The position numbers and the translations under genes were made by a program. A stretch of DNA of 64,000 bases. Origin: Anaerolineales bacterium (lineage in GTDB: Bacteria; Chloroflexota; Anaerolineae; Anaerolineales; UBA11858). Below the pieces are notes generated by a model, which did not search any database, had not been told where the DNA came from, and saw only the letters and a program-made list of their open reading frames with translations. Positions 38,019 to 46,810 of the stretch are shown piece after piece (position 1 is the first letter of the stretch; every line of letters begins with the position of its first letter). The DNA lies in assembly GCA_046483045.1 (NCBI GenBank), contig JAWODY010000074.1, forward strand, positions 6,391-70,390, given 5' to 3'.

Positions 38019-38699
38019 TTACGACCACTCCTCTACCACATATTCAAACAACATAACAGCGACTGCAGTAAATATCAGATCATAGACAATAATGACATTC
38101 AGCCAGGTCATGATCCATGGCCCTGGATATCCTTCTAAATAACCGATGCTCGCTTTCACCGCGGGGATCAGGATCGGGATCGTGAGAGGAAAAAGCAGGA
38201 TCGGAAGTAAGATATCGTGCGTTCGGGCCTGAACACTCATGGCAGCCAGAAGGGTCCCTACCGCAATATAGCCTATCGAACCCAATAACACCACCAGCAG
38301 GAAACCGGGGACTAACATGTTGACATTGAAAAGGACGCTGTAGATTGGGAGGACTATCACCTCAACTACCAGCAAAAATATTAAATTACCAAGCGCTTTC
38401 CCGACGTATAACGCGCTGCGATCTACAGGTGCCAATAATAAACCATCCAAGCATCCCCCCTCCCTTTCAGAAGCCATGGATCTATTTACACCCAATGTGC
38501 CGGCAAACGTAAATGTCACCCATAAAACCCCCGCTGTGACGGATTCTTGAGCCTGGACATCCAAATCCAGAGCAAAGTTAAATATGAGTATTACCAATAA
38601 AGAAAAAACCAGCATAGACGTAAGAATTTCCTTGTTCCGGGCCTCCCCAACCATATCCTTCCAAACCACCGTTATCACGGTCCTGAGGTAATTTCTCAC
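38019..38699 (-). CDS. ccmB: Heme exporter protein B
   Basis: 226 aa, six predicted TM helices, CcmB-like 'KD...E.R.KE' N-terminus. It abuts ccmC and overlaps ccmA by 4 nt. Confidence 0.85.
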   Translation of the reverse strand: MRNYLRTVITVVWKDMVGEARNKEILTSMLVFSLLVILIFNFALDLDVQAQESVTAGVLWVTFTFAGTLGVNRSMASEREGGCLDGLLLAPVDRSALYVGKALGNLIFLLVVEVIVLPIYSVLFNVNMLVPGFLLVVLLGSIGYIAVGTLLAAMSVQARTHDILLPILLFPLTIPILIPAVKASIGYLEGYPGPWIMTWLNVIIVYDLIFTAVAVMLFEYVVEEWS

Positions 38700-39412
38700 A
38701 ACCGCTCTCCCCCTCTCCTCCGGACAGCCTCCCGGTAAAACATCAGTAGTCGATCCATGTCTATTTTCTCTTCCTTTACAGAAGCCACGATCTTACCTCG
38801 AGAGAGGACATCAAACCGCGATGCCAGATTGGCAACCTGGGCTAAATCGTGAGAGGTGACAAGAACAATCCGGCCTTGTTCACTCATATGCAGAAGGACA
38901 TCGTTCAACATTCGCACGGAATCCTGGTCCAAGCCTGTGTGTGGTTCATCAAAAAGTAAAATTTGGGGTTCATGTAAGAGGGATCTACCCAGGGCTAAAC
39001 GCTGAACCATGCCCCGCGAAAATGTCCGCACTAGATCAGCGCCTCGGCGTTGCAAACCTACCATGTCCAAAACCTGTGTAGCCCTTTGTCGATAATCAGA
39101 CACGTTGTAAAGGCGGCCATAAAACCAGAGATTTTCCTCCGCTGTGAGATCGCCGTACAGCAGGGGTTGATGGGAGACAAACCCTAATCGTTCTCTAACC
39201 CAATCAGCCTCTTGGGGCAACTGAAAACCCGCGACACTCACCTCCCCCCCATCTGGACGGAAAAGCGACGACAGGATACGGAGGAAGGTTGTTTTACCAG
39301 ATCCATTTGGCCCCAAAAGGGCTACAAGTTCACCCTTCTCCACTTGAAAATCCAACCCGTTCAGGACACGTTTATGACCAAAACGCTTCCGGAGATTCCG
39401 CACTTCAATCAT
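38696..39412 (-). CDS. ccmA: Heme exporter ATP-binding protein A
   Basis: Walker A 'GPNGSGKTT', signature 'FSRGMVQRLALGR' and Walker B 'LLFDEP'. Supported by its position next to ccmB and ccmC. Confidence 0.85.
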   Translation of the reverse strand: MIEVRNLRKRFGHKRVLNGLDFQVEKGELVALLGPNGSGKTTFLRILSSLFRPDGGEVSVAGFQLPQEADWVRERLGFVSHQPLLYGDLTAEENLWFYGRLYNVSDYRQRATQVLDMVGLQRRGADLVRTFSRGMVQRLALGRSLLHEPQILLFDEPHTGLDQDSVRMLNDVLLHMSEQGRIVLVTSHDLAQVANLASRFDVLSRGKIVASVKEEKIDMDRLLMFYREAVRRRGGERL

Positions 39413-40757
39413 CCTGCATTTCCTTCTCTACAGACTCTCTCAGCCTGGCTTTTAATGTCTCCCGGCGGGAACGATACACGTTCTCCTGGATCTCGCCTTC
39501 AGCGTATAAATTATCTAAAGCGATGATCGCATCCGTAAGCTCTGCTTTGTCTTTGGAAACCTGATTTAAATCTGGATCAGGACCCTCATTTTCCAGCCGC
39601 TGATGATAAAACCACATTCCAATCAACAACAAGGCCCCACTTAAGACGCTGAAACCAATCAAAAAACTTTTCTGATCCTCAACCAAAACCAATTCTTTTC
39701 CTGGATCTGACTGTCCAGGAAGACCGGAAAGGGCAAAACGTATTTGTTCTCCGCGACGTACGTTTTCCGCCAAATACACATGTATGCCCCCCCCCTGGAC
39801 TTCCCGGATACCCATGTCCTGTAAAAAGGTTCCCTGGACATCCACGCCCTGGGCAGGCGTCATGATCTCCACTGAGCCTACAGGTAAATTCGTTTTCTGT
39901 GTAAATTCAAGATGGTTGTCCTTATATGGGATATCAAAAAACACGGTGGTTTGATACACACCGGACCCTGGAGGGACACTCATCGTATCACCAAAACCAT
40001 TCTCCGTGAACACATAACGTTCCCCCAAGGAACCCGACTCGAACTTTATATTCTGCGCTCCTTCCGGCAAAGGAAAGTCAAGGACAGGCTCTCCTTTTTT
40101 CTCAGAAACAACCGTTTTAGGGCCAAAATTTGAAACGATAAACATTTCCCCAAACTTAACTAGAGCTTGATCGGAAAAGTTCACAAAGATATGCAAACTT
40201 TCCACGGATAATGACCCCTGATCTGTGGTCGTTCCATAAACCTGTATTTGAAGGTCAAGCGTTTTGTTGTCTGATTTTAGTTGGACAACATCCGAACGAT
40301 ACGTCGCTCCTTGATACACAAGGGAGGCGAAATAATGTAACCCCGGTTTCAAAGGCACCGAAGGGAACGTGATCTTACCATCCTCTTTTAGCGGGAGAGA
40401 TTGAACATAGACCTGAGTCATATGGTCATAACCCTCTAATTTCACCCGCAGGTCTGGCGCCAGGTTTTCGTCTTCCCGTTGATCAACAACGGTAACCATC
40501 ACGTTTCCGAGCCACTCCTCTCGGGTCGGTTCGGGTGTGGATTCGGATAGTGGAATTGGCCTCTGGTTTGGAATCAGTGATCCTCTCTGTCCCTCCAGGT
40601 GACGAGAGGGGAATTCCACTAAAACTTTCCCTAAAGGAGACCTGGTATATTTTAAGAATGGTGTGGTCGTTGGGTAAGAGGAAAGCCCACCCCACATACC
40701 CATGTAGAGGGCATGTAATGAAATCAAGACGAACCACCCAGCCTTTGCCACATTCAT
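39405..40757 (-). CDS. Hypothetical bitopic membrane protein inside the ccm operon (large beta-rich ectodomain, cytoplasmic CcmI-like helix)
   Basis: The ATG at 40757 overlaps the upstream stop (ATGA). It has an N-terminal TM, a Thr/Val-rich domain of about 330 aa, a second TM 'FLIGFSVLSGALLLIGMWFY', then 'DKAELTDAIIALDNLYAEGEIQENVYRSRRETLKARL'. Confidence 0.6.
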   Translation of the reverse strand: MNVAKAGWFVLISLHALYMGMWGGLSSYPTTTPFLKYTRSPLGKVLVEFPSRHLEGQRGSLIPNQRPIPLSESTPEPTREEWLGNVMVTVVDQREDENLAPDLRVKLEGYDHMTQVYVQSLPLKEDGKITFPSVPLKPGLHYFASLVYQGATYRSDVVQLKSDNKTLDLQIQVYGTTTDQGSLSVESLHIFVNFSDQALVKFGEMFIVSNFGPKTVVSEKKGEPVLDFPLPEGAQNIKFESGSLGERYVFTENGFGDTMSVPPGSGVYQTTVFFDIPYKDNHLEFTQKTNLPVGSVEIMTPAQGVDVQGTFLQDMGIREVQGGGIHVYLAENVRRGEQIRFALSGLPGQSDPGKELVLVEDQKSFLIGFSVLSGALLLIGMWFYHQRLENEGPDPDLNQVSKDKAELTDAIIALDNLYAEGEIQENVYRSRRETLKARLRESVEKEMQDD

Positions 40758-41236
40758 GACGCCAATCTTTCTCCACACTGGACACAGTATTGATCAGAAG
40801 TTCCCACAACATGGCCGCAGTGAGGGCAAAATTTGTATTTCTTGCTGCCTAATTTGCGGCGCCGGGAAGCGATCAAGGTTTCAATCTCATCGACCTCCGT
40901 TCTGGGAGGGGATTTTTTGATCGCCTCACCAGATAGGGGTTTCCTTTCAATCTGCTGCTTTTCTTTTAACTCATCGATTTTTTTAACGATTAGGGCTGCT
41001 TTTTTTACCAAGGTTTGGCGGGCTCTTTGATAATCTTTGGGGGCAATTTTTTCCAGCTCGTAATCAAAATCTAACTCCTCAATACGTTTGTACATCCGCT
41101 CCCGTTCAGCCTGAAGCCTGGATAACTCACACTCCTCCTCTGACACATACGTCTCCTGATCAAAAAAGGGTTGGCTGACAAATACAGCTACCAACAACAT
41201 AATGCTGAGGAGGACTAAAATTGAACCGACATCCAT
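40754..41236 (-). CDS. Hypothetical membrane protein with CcmI-N-like helix and C-terminal zinc ribbon
   Basis: GAGGTG lies 8 nt before ATG 41236. The order is TM 'ILVLLSIMLLVAVFV', then 'RMYKRIEELDFDYELEKIAPKDYQRARQTLVKKA', then 'CPHCGHVVGTSDQYCVQCG'. Confidence 0.6.
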   Translation of the reverse strand: MDVGSILVLLSIMLLVAVFVSQPFFDQETYVSEEECELSRLQAERERMYKRIEELDFDYELEKIAPKDYQRARQTLVKKAALIVKKIDELKEKQQIERKPLSGEAIKKSPPRTEVDEIETLIASRRRKLGSKKYKFCPHCGHVVGTSDQYCVQCGERLAS

Positions 41237-41260
41237 TTCAAAGCACCTCAAATTCTGATC

Positions 41261-41776
41261 TCATTTTTTTTCCAGAAGAGGATCAAGAGTGGATTTGATA
41301 TCTTCCAGGGAACGAAACGGCCCGATCTGCCTGTGGTAGATTTCACCGTTCCGGTCGATGATGTAGGTTTCCGGGACGCCGCGAATGCGAAAGGCCTGAG
41401 AAATATCTGTGCGCCTGTCCGGGCCGTTTGGATATGTGATTTCAAATTGTTCAATGTACTCTCTTGCTGCAGGCTCAGTATCCACATAATCCACACCCAA
41501 GAAGATTACATCTTCTCGAGATCGATAATCCCGCCAAGCCTGCTCTAAATCCTTGGCTTCGGGCTTACATGATTCGCACCAGGAAGACCAGAAATTTACA
41601 ACTACCACCTTCCCTCCCAGCTCCTGCAAATGAAACGTTTCCCCAGAGAATGTTGTCAATTTGAAATCAGGCGCTTTCTCACCTACCCCGATCTGACCTT
41701 GCTGTGTCCTTATCAAACCAAGTGCAAGGATCGTCAAGAGCAGCACCAATCCTCCCCAAAGCAACCACTTTTTCAT
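41261..41776 (-). CDS. ccmG: Thiol:disulfide interchange protein (CcmG/DsbE/ResA-type thioredoxin)
   Basis: N-terminal membrane anchor and 'VVVVNFWSSWCESCKPE' CxxC thioredoxin fold, in ccm context. Confidence 0.85.
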   Translation of the reverse strand: MKKWLLWGGLVLLLTILALGLIRTQQGQIGVGEKAPDFKLTTFSGETFHLQELGGKVVVVNFWSSWCESCKPEAKDLEQAWRDYRSREDVIFLGVDYVDTEPAAREYIEQFEITYPNGPDRRTDISQAFRIRGVPETYIIDRNGEIYHRQIGPFRSLEDIKSTLDPLLEKK

Positions 41777-41795
41777 ACGGTTTCCCTTACCCCTT

Positions 41796-42296
41796 TCACC
41801 TATTTTCTAATTCCTTCTCCACGCGAGAGATATATTCTTCCTCAATCCCTACCTCATCTTCCTGGACTTCCCTGGAATCAGGACGAGAGGACCTTCCGCT
41901 GATCTGCCATTTAGTAAATCCGCGATAAAGGGCATAGGCTCCTGCTAAGAATGCCAGTGGTGGGACGAGATAAACTAACCAGTTGAACCCTCGCTTTGGG
42001 GGCTCAGCCAAAACACGATCGCCGTATTCCTCGACAAAATACCCCTTGATTTCTTCCTCCGTCCAACCCTGCTGAAGCTTGTCACGGATCAACCCCCGCC
42101 ACTGCTCGCAGGCAGAAGTTCGACAGGCATCCAGCGGCGTGTTTTCACAAACCGGGCAGTAAAGCTGTTTGGCAATCACATTTACCTCATCATCAGGAGG
42201 AGTTGGCTCTTGAGCGAAAGCAGGGCTTGGGTACAACATGACCAAAACAAGCAAAACCAGGAAAACCCAGGCCCCAAGATGAATATGTATCTTCAT
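41796..42296 (-). CDS. ccmH: Cytochrome c-type biogenesis protein CcmH/NrfF family
   Basis: Signal peptide, 'QLYCPVCENTPLDAC', 'EEIKGYFVEEYGDRVLAEPP' and a C-terminal TM. It is collinear with the E. coli CcmH N-domain. Confidence 0.85.
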   Translation of the reverse strand: MKIHIHLGAWVFLVLLVLVMLYPSPAFAQEPTPPDDEVNVIAKQLYCPVCENTPLDACRTSACEQWRGLIRDKLQQGWTEEEIKGYFVEEYGDRVLAEPPKRGFNWLVYLVPPLAFLAGAYALYRGFTKWQISGRSSRPDSREVQEDEVGIEEEYISRVEKELENR

Positions 42297-44341
42297 CGTT
42301 TCCTCTTTTGGAGTGGCGAGGACACTTTGTGAACTCGATCCAACTCATTTTCCGGCCAAGCGGCAACCAGGATTCCGGCGATAAAGACCCAGCCTCCAAT
42401 CCAGAGCCAATTTACCAGAGGATTATAATAAATCTTAAATGTGGCCCCTTGCTCGGATATCTCTCGCCAATCGACCAGGATGACATATAGATCACCGGCT
42501 AAAGTGCTTTTCACCCCTGGGATCGTCATTGGTTGATTGGCATCATAGAAGTAATCCCGCCTGGGATATATCTCCGCTAATTCCTCTCCACCACTGCTGA
42601 CACCCACAACTGCCCGGGTCACATTCCTACCATCATGGGTATCAAATGACACCAAATCTTTGTACGTGATGGAATATTCACTCAGGGAAAGGCTCCCCCC
42701 TTCTGGAATCGTTCCCTGGGTTTCTACCTGGTACATTTCAATGCCAATCACGCCCAGAGCCATAAATATCACACCAATATGCACAATATAACCACCATAT
42801 CGCCGGCGGTTTTTTTTCGCCAGGCTGTAGAATGCAGTGAACACATTTTCCCCATGTGCTTTTATGCGAGCTGCGGCTCCCCTCCAAAATTCATATGCCG
42901 TAACAGCGAACACAAACCCTACCAGCCAAAAACCCAGTACCCCTTGCCAGCGCGTGATACCAGCGATATAGAGGACAGGAAAAGTTAGCAAAGAAAAAAC
43001 CAAAGGTTTCCAAACCGCCCGGCCCCATTTTTTTAGGGAGGAATATGTCCACGCAGTGAGCGGAGCAATCCCCATCAATAAAAGCAAGCCAGCAAAAAGA
43101 GGCCCTGTCGCTCGCTCGTAGAATGGGGGTCCCACCGTGACTTTCTGACCAGTGACAATCTCAGAAATAAGCGGGAAGAGGATTCCCCATAAAGTGGTCA
43201 CAAAAATGCCTAAAAAAAGCAAGTTGTTAAGGAGAAACAACGCCTCCCGCGAGAAAAGCGAATGAAGCTCATTGTTTGATTCTAAATCCTTCCAACGAGA
43301 TAACAATAACCCCAAAGAAACAGTTAAAGTCAAGGCAATGAACACAAAGAAAAGAGGGCCTATCGCGCTTTGAGCAAATGCGTGTACAGAAGACAGTACC
43401 CCTGAACGCGTGAGGAACGTACCGAAGACCACCAGGTCAAAGGTAAGGATGATCAAGACCAAGTTCCACCGCTTAAACATGTCTTTCTTCTCCTGGATCA
43501 TGACAGAATGCAGAAAGGCCGTCCCAGTCAGCCACGGCATAAAAGCTGAGATCTCTACCGGGTCCCACCCCCAGTATCCTCCCCAACCAAGGACATCATA
43601 TGCCCAACGTGCCCCCAGGATCAACCCCAAAGAAAGGAACAGCCAAGCCCAAAGGGTCCAGCGCCTCGTCAGGCATATCCAACGATCATCCGTCCGCCCT
43701 GTGACCAAAGCGGCAATTGCAAACGCGTAAGGGATGATAAAGGACACAAATCCTAAATACAACATGGGAGGATGAATGATCATGCCCGGATGGCGAAGCA
43801 GGGGATTCAGACCCTGACCATCACGGGGCACAAAAGGGACAGCCCCTTCAGGTCGGGCAAATGCCCGAACGATCCCTGTAGAAGTTTGCCAATAGCGGGA
43901 GAATGGATTTTCAAAGAATACATTTACGATGAGGAAAAAAGACAGCGTGACCAGGATGACTATGATCACCCAGGGCAAGAACTCCCGATCTCGTCCCCAG
44001 TCGCGCAGCGCAATGGCCGTGGCAAAGGCAGCCAACAGCCAGGACCAAAACACAAGCGAACCAGATTGTCCGCCCCAGAGTGCGGTTAATTTTAAGTAAA
44101 AGGGCATGCTCCGGCTGGTAACCTCAGAAACATAAGCAACCTGGTAGTGATGGGTTACCAATAAATACAGAAGGCTGAGGACAGGTACGGTCAATAAGGG
44201 AAACATCAAAGCCATGGATTGACGCGCGCTGTTGATCCACTGCTCATGTTGTGACCTTTGACCGTTAACCGCTGCTGCGATCCCGTAAAGGGCGACAATA
44301 AGTGTAATCAACAAGGTGCCAAATCCGATGTTCGCTACCAC
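42293..44341 (-). CDS. ccmF: Cytochrome c heme lyase subunit CcmF
   Basis: 682 aa polytopic protein with a WWD-like 'GGYWGWDPVE' and GTG start. It overlaps ccmH by 4 nt. Confidence 0.9.
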   Translation of the reverse strand: MVANIGFGTLLITLIVALYGIAAAVNGQRSQHEQWINSARQSMALMFPLLTVPVLSLLYLLVTHHYQVAYVSEVTSRSMPFYLKLTALWGGQSGSLVFWSWLLAAFATAIALRDWGRDREFLPWVIIVILVTLSFFLIVNVFFENPFSRYWQTSTGIVRAFARPEGAVPFVPRDGQGLNPLLRHPGMIIHPPMLYLGFVSFIIPYAFAIAALVTGRTDDRWICLTRRWTLWAWLFLSLGLILGARWAYDVLGWGGYWGWDPVEISAFMPWLTGTAFLHSVMIQEKKDMFKRWNLVLIILTFDLVVFGTFLTRSGVLSSVHAFAQSAIGPLFFVFIALTLTVSLGLLLSRWKDLESNNELHSLFSREALFLLNNLLFLGIFVTTLWGILFPLISEIVTGQKVTVGPPFYERATGPLFAGLLLLMGIAPLTAWTYSSLKKWGRAVWKPLVFSLLTFPVLYIAGITRWQGVLGFWLVGFVFAVTAYEFWRGAAARIKAHGENVFTAFYSLAKKNRRRYGGYIVHIGVIFMALGVIGIEMYQVETQGTIPEGGSLSLSEYSITYKDLVSFDTHDGRNVTRAVVGVSSGGEELAEIYPRRDYFYDANQPMTIPGVKSTLAGDLYVILVDWREISEQGATFKIYYNPLVNWLWIGGWVFIAGILVAAWPENELDRVHKVSSPLQKRKR

Positions 44342-44399
44342 ACGAAAACTCCATAGACCGACTTGATTAATAAATTCCTATTACGATTCCCCAGATATC

Positions 44400-44918
44400 T
44401 CATCCAGATTTTTCAGGAGAGACTTCTTCATATTTGGTGGGGCATTTCAGGAGAACTTCATCCGCGTAGAATACACCATCTAAAGTCATCTTTCCTGTGA
44501 TGATGGCCTGGGCTTCATGCACCAATAAATCCGGTTTAGGACCCTCATACATGACATCCAATGTCTCCCGATCAGGGTCATTCACAGCTTGATGCAAGGC
44601 AGCGGCTACACCGCCCTCAGCATTGAGGGCTACCTTTTTCCCCGGAACATGAGCAATCGTGAAGGTCAAGTTTAAATTTTCCATATCATATGCGATGCTT
44701 TCGCCAATCACTGCCCCGGATACACGCACGTTCCGATCATTTAATTCCCCCTGCTCATATTTCAAGTTTGTTTCCTCTACGGTGAGATAATACTGCGTGT
44801 TGGCTTTCGCGGAGGAAGCAATCAAATAAATCACCGCTGTCACAATCAGGATCCCCCCCACGATGAACTTAATCCGACCCCGATTTTTCATTTCCTTCAC
44901 AGCCATTTCTTCACCCAT
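44400..44918 (-). CDS. ccmE: Heme chaperone CcmE, CxxxY variant
   Basis: Membrane anchor plus OB-fold 'VRVSGAV...F.I......L.V.Y.G..PDL'. The C-terminal 'EVLLKCPTKYEE' aligns with E. coli 'EVLAKHDENYTP'. Cys (codon 44442-44444) replaces the heme-binding His. Confidence 0.85.
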   Translation of the reverse strand: MGEEMAVKEMKNRGRIKFIVGGILIVTAVIYLIASSAKANTQYYLTVEETNLKYEQGELNDRNVRVSGAVIGESIAYDMENLNLTFTIAHVPGKKVALNAEGGVAAALHQAVNDPDRETLDVMYEGPKPDLLVHEAQAIITGKMTLDGVFYADEVLLKCPTKYEEVSPEKSG

Positions 44919-45087
44919 GCTGAAAGCCCCATGATTACTTTACGCAACTCACGTTTCCTTGCTTGTCAAAATTTTCACATATTGAGATTAATAGAATATG
45001 AAAATCAGACGAATGGTATATGAAATATCCTTTCAGACTGGAGATTAACTCTTAATACCGATCCTTATGGGCCGCTCCAGGTAAAGA

Positions 45088-45978
45088 CTAGAGTTTATGC
45101 CCACAGACTCTACAATAACGATCGTTTTCTGCTGTTTTGCTTCCACACTGCGGACAAGAGGAACTCAACTCAGAGAAAACTGGCTCATGTGGTTTCGGTT
45201 TGCTTTCCAGACTTTCAGGAGGATTTCGTTTTTCACCAAACCACCAATAAATTCCAACTGCACCCAGTATGAACAGAAAGCCTAAACTACCCAGCAGCCA
45301 GGGGAGAAGATTCCAGCCCTGGAAAGAAAAAGATAGTTGGGGTTCAATGGGTTTACGGGGTTGGACTGATTGTCCCCCCATACTCAATGAATCAGAGGAT
45401 TTATGATATTTAATCTGGATATTCTGGCTTTCAGTTTCCTTCAATTGGGCTTCGCTCATCCTGAAATATTTTAAGCCGTCACTTCCCTGATAAGATTCCC
45501 CAAAAGGTGGTGATATATCCAGGTCATAAGCACCCCGAGGTTCTTGAACCTGGAACACAACCGAATTCACAGAGTGATTGCCCGGCCATGTATAAGTAAA
45601 TGTGCGCAGATTTCCCTCTTTTTTTAGAAGAGGGTCATAGTATTCAAATTGAACTTCATGAAACGTAGCGATAAAAGAGATCTCAGCGAATTCCCCCTTT
45701 AACACACGTTCATATTTAACAGACATTAACTTGTTATCAGGATCGCGAACAGCTACAGCATTGGGTTGGCCTGCTTCAGCAGGAATTTGAAATGTAACCA
45801 AAGCAGGCAGGGACACCTGGGATGACAAGACTCCCCGATAAATGATCAGGACACGAGGATCGTCGTACTCTGGCCAAATGTCAACCACCAGTTCATCAAA
45901 GGTTACCCCTTCCTGACCCTGTACCGGAAGGGGGAAGAGCATCAGAAACAGCACAATGACCAAAACCGCTTTTTTCAA
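45088..45978 (-). CDS. Hypothetical exported/bitopic protein with cytoplasmic zinc ribbon, first gene of the ccm cluster
   Basis: Signal peptide 'MKKAVLVIVLFLMLFPLPVQG', a beta-rich ectodomain of about 200 aa, TM 'LLPWLLGSLGFLFILGAVGIYWWF', and the C-terminal 'CPQCGSKTAENDRYCRVCG'. Confidence 0.6.
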   Translation of the reverse strand: MKKAVLVIVLFLMLFPLPVQGQEGVTFDELVVDIWPEYDDPRVLIIYRGVLSSQVSLPALVTFQIPAEAGQPNAVAVRDPDNKLMSVKYERVLKGEFAEISFIATFHEVQFEYYDPLLKKEGNLRTFTYTWPGNHSVNSVVFQVQEPRGAYDLDISPPFGESYQGSDGLKYFRMSEAQLKETESQNIQIKYHKSSDSLSMGGQSVQPRKPIEPQLSFSFQGWNLLPWLLGSLGFLFILGAVGIYWWFGEKRNPPESLESKPKPHEPVFSELSSSCPQCGSKTAENDRYCRVCGHKL

Positions 45979-46030
45979 AGGGAAACCTCCTCAAGTAGTA
46001 TACCGGAATCTCCCTCAACCGTTGTTTATC

Positions 46031-46810
46031 TCAGCGTATCGCATCCCGCAACTGGTGCGTGAGTTCGATAAACCGGGTGGAATATCGAACTCCTTCTTCT
46101 CGGGGTCGGGGTAAATTCACCAAAAGATCCATCCGGAGGCGTCCGGGTTGGGGGCTGAACGCAAAAACACGATCTGCTAAGAAAACTGCTTCCGCTATAT
46201 CGTGGGTGACCATGACCACCGTCTTTTTACGAGCGCGCCAGATACGCAATAACTCATCTCCCATACGCTCCCGTGTCAATGCATCCAAGGAGCCAAAAGG
46301 TTCATCTAACAATAAAAGTTTAGGATCATGTACCAAACTGCGGGCAATGGCCACACGCTGAGCCATCCCACCGGACAGCTCCCGCGGCAGCCAGTCCTGA
46401 AATCCAGACAGGCCGACCAAATCAATCAACTCTTGTGACCGGTCTTCCATTTCGTTCCGGGATAGATTTGATGCTCGGTCCAATTCCAGAGGCAGAAGGA
46501 TATTTTCCAGCACCGTCCTCCAGGGCATAAGATTCGCATCCTGGAATACCATCCCCAGACCAGGACGGGGGCCCGTGACCCGTTCTCCTTCAAAAACCAC
46601 CTCGCCTATCGTGGGGGAAAGCAAACCCGCGATAATTCGCAGCAAAGTGCTTTTCCCACTCCCTGAGGGACCTACAATGCAAATGAACTCCTCAGGGAGG
46701 ACCCGGAAATGGATCTCGCGCAGGGCCTCCAAGGGTTCCTTCCCATCCAGAAAAGCTAAGCTGAGGTCATGGACCTCCAGTATCGGGTCTCTACTCTTTG
46801 ATGAATTCAT
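46031..46810 (-). CDS. ABC transporter ATP-binding protein (NitT/TauT family), riboflavin transporter candidate
   Basis: Walker A 'GPSGSGKST', signature 'LSGGMAQRVAIAR' and Walker B 'LLLDEP'. The start is probably ATG 46810, overlapping the SBP gene end. Confidence 0.85.
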   Translation of the reverse strand: MNSSKSRDPILEVHDLSLAFLDGKEPLEALREIHFRVLPEEFICIVGPSGSGKSTLLRIIAGLLSPTIGEVVFEGERVTGPRPGLGMVFQDANLMPWRTVLENILLPLELDRASNLSRNEMEDRSQELIDLVGLSGFQDWLPRELSGGMAQRVAIARSLVHDPKLLLLDEPFGSLDALTRERMGDELLRIWRARKKTVVMVTHDIAEAVFLADRVFAFSPQPGRLRMDLLVNLPRPREEGVRYSTRFIELTHQLRDAIR

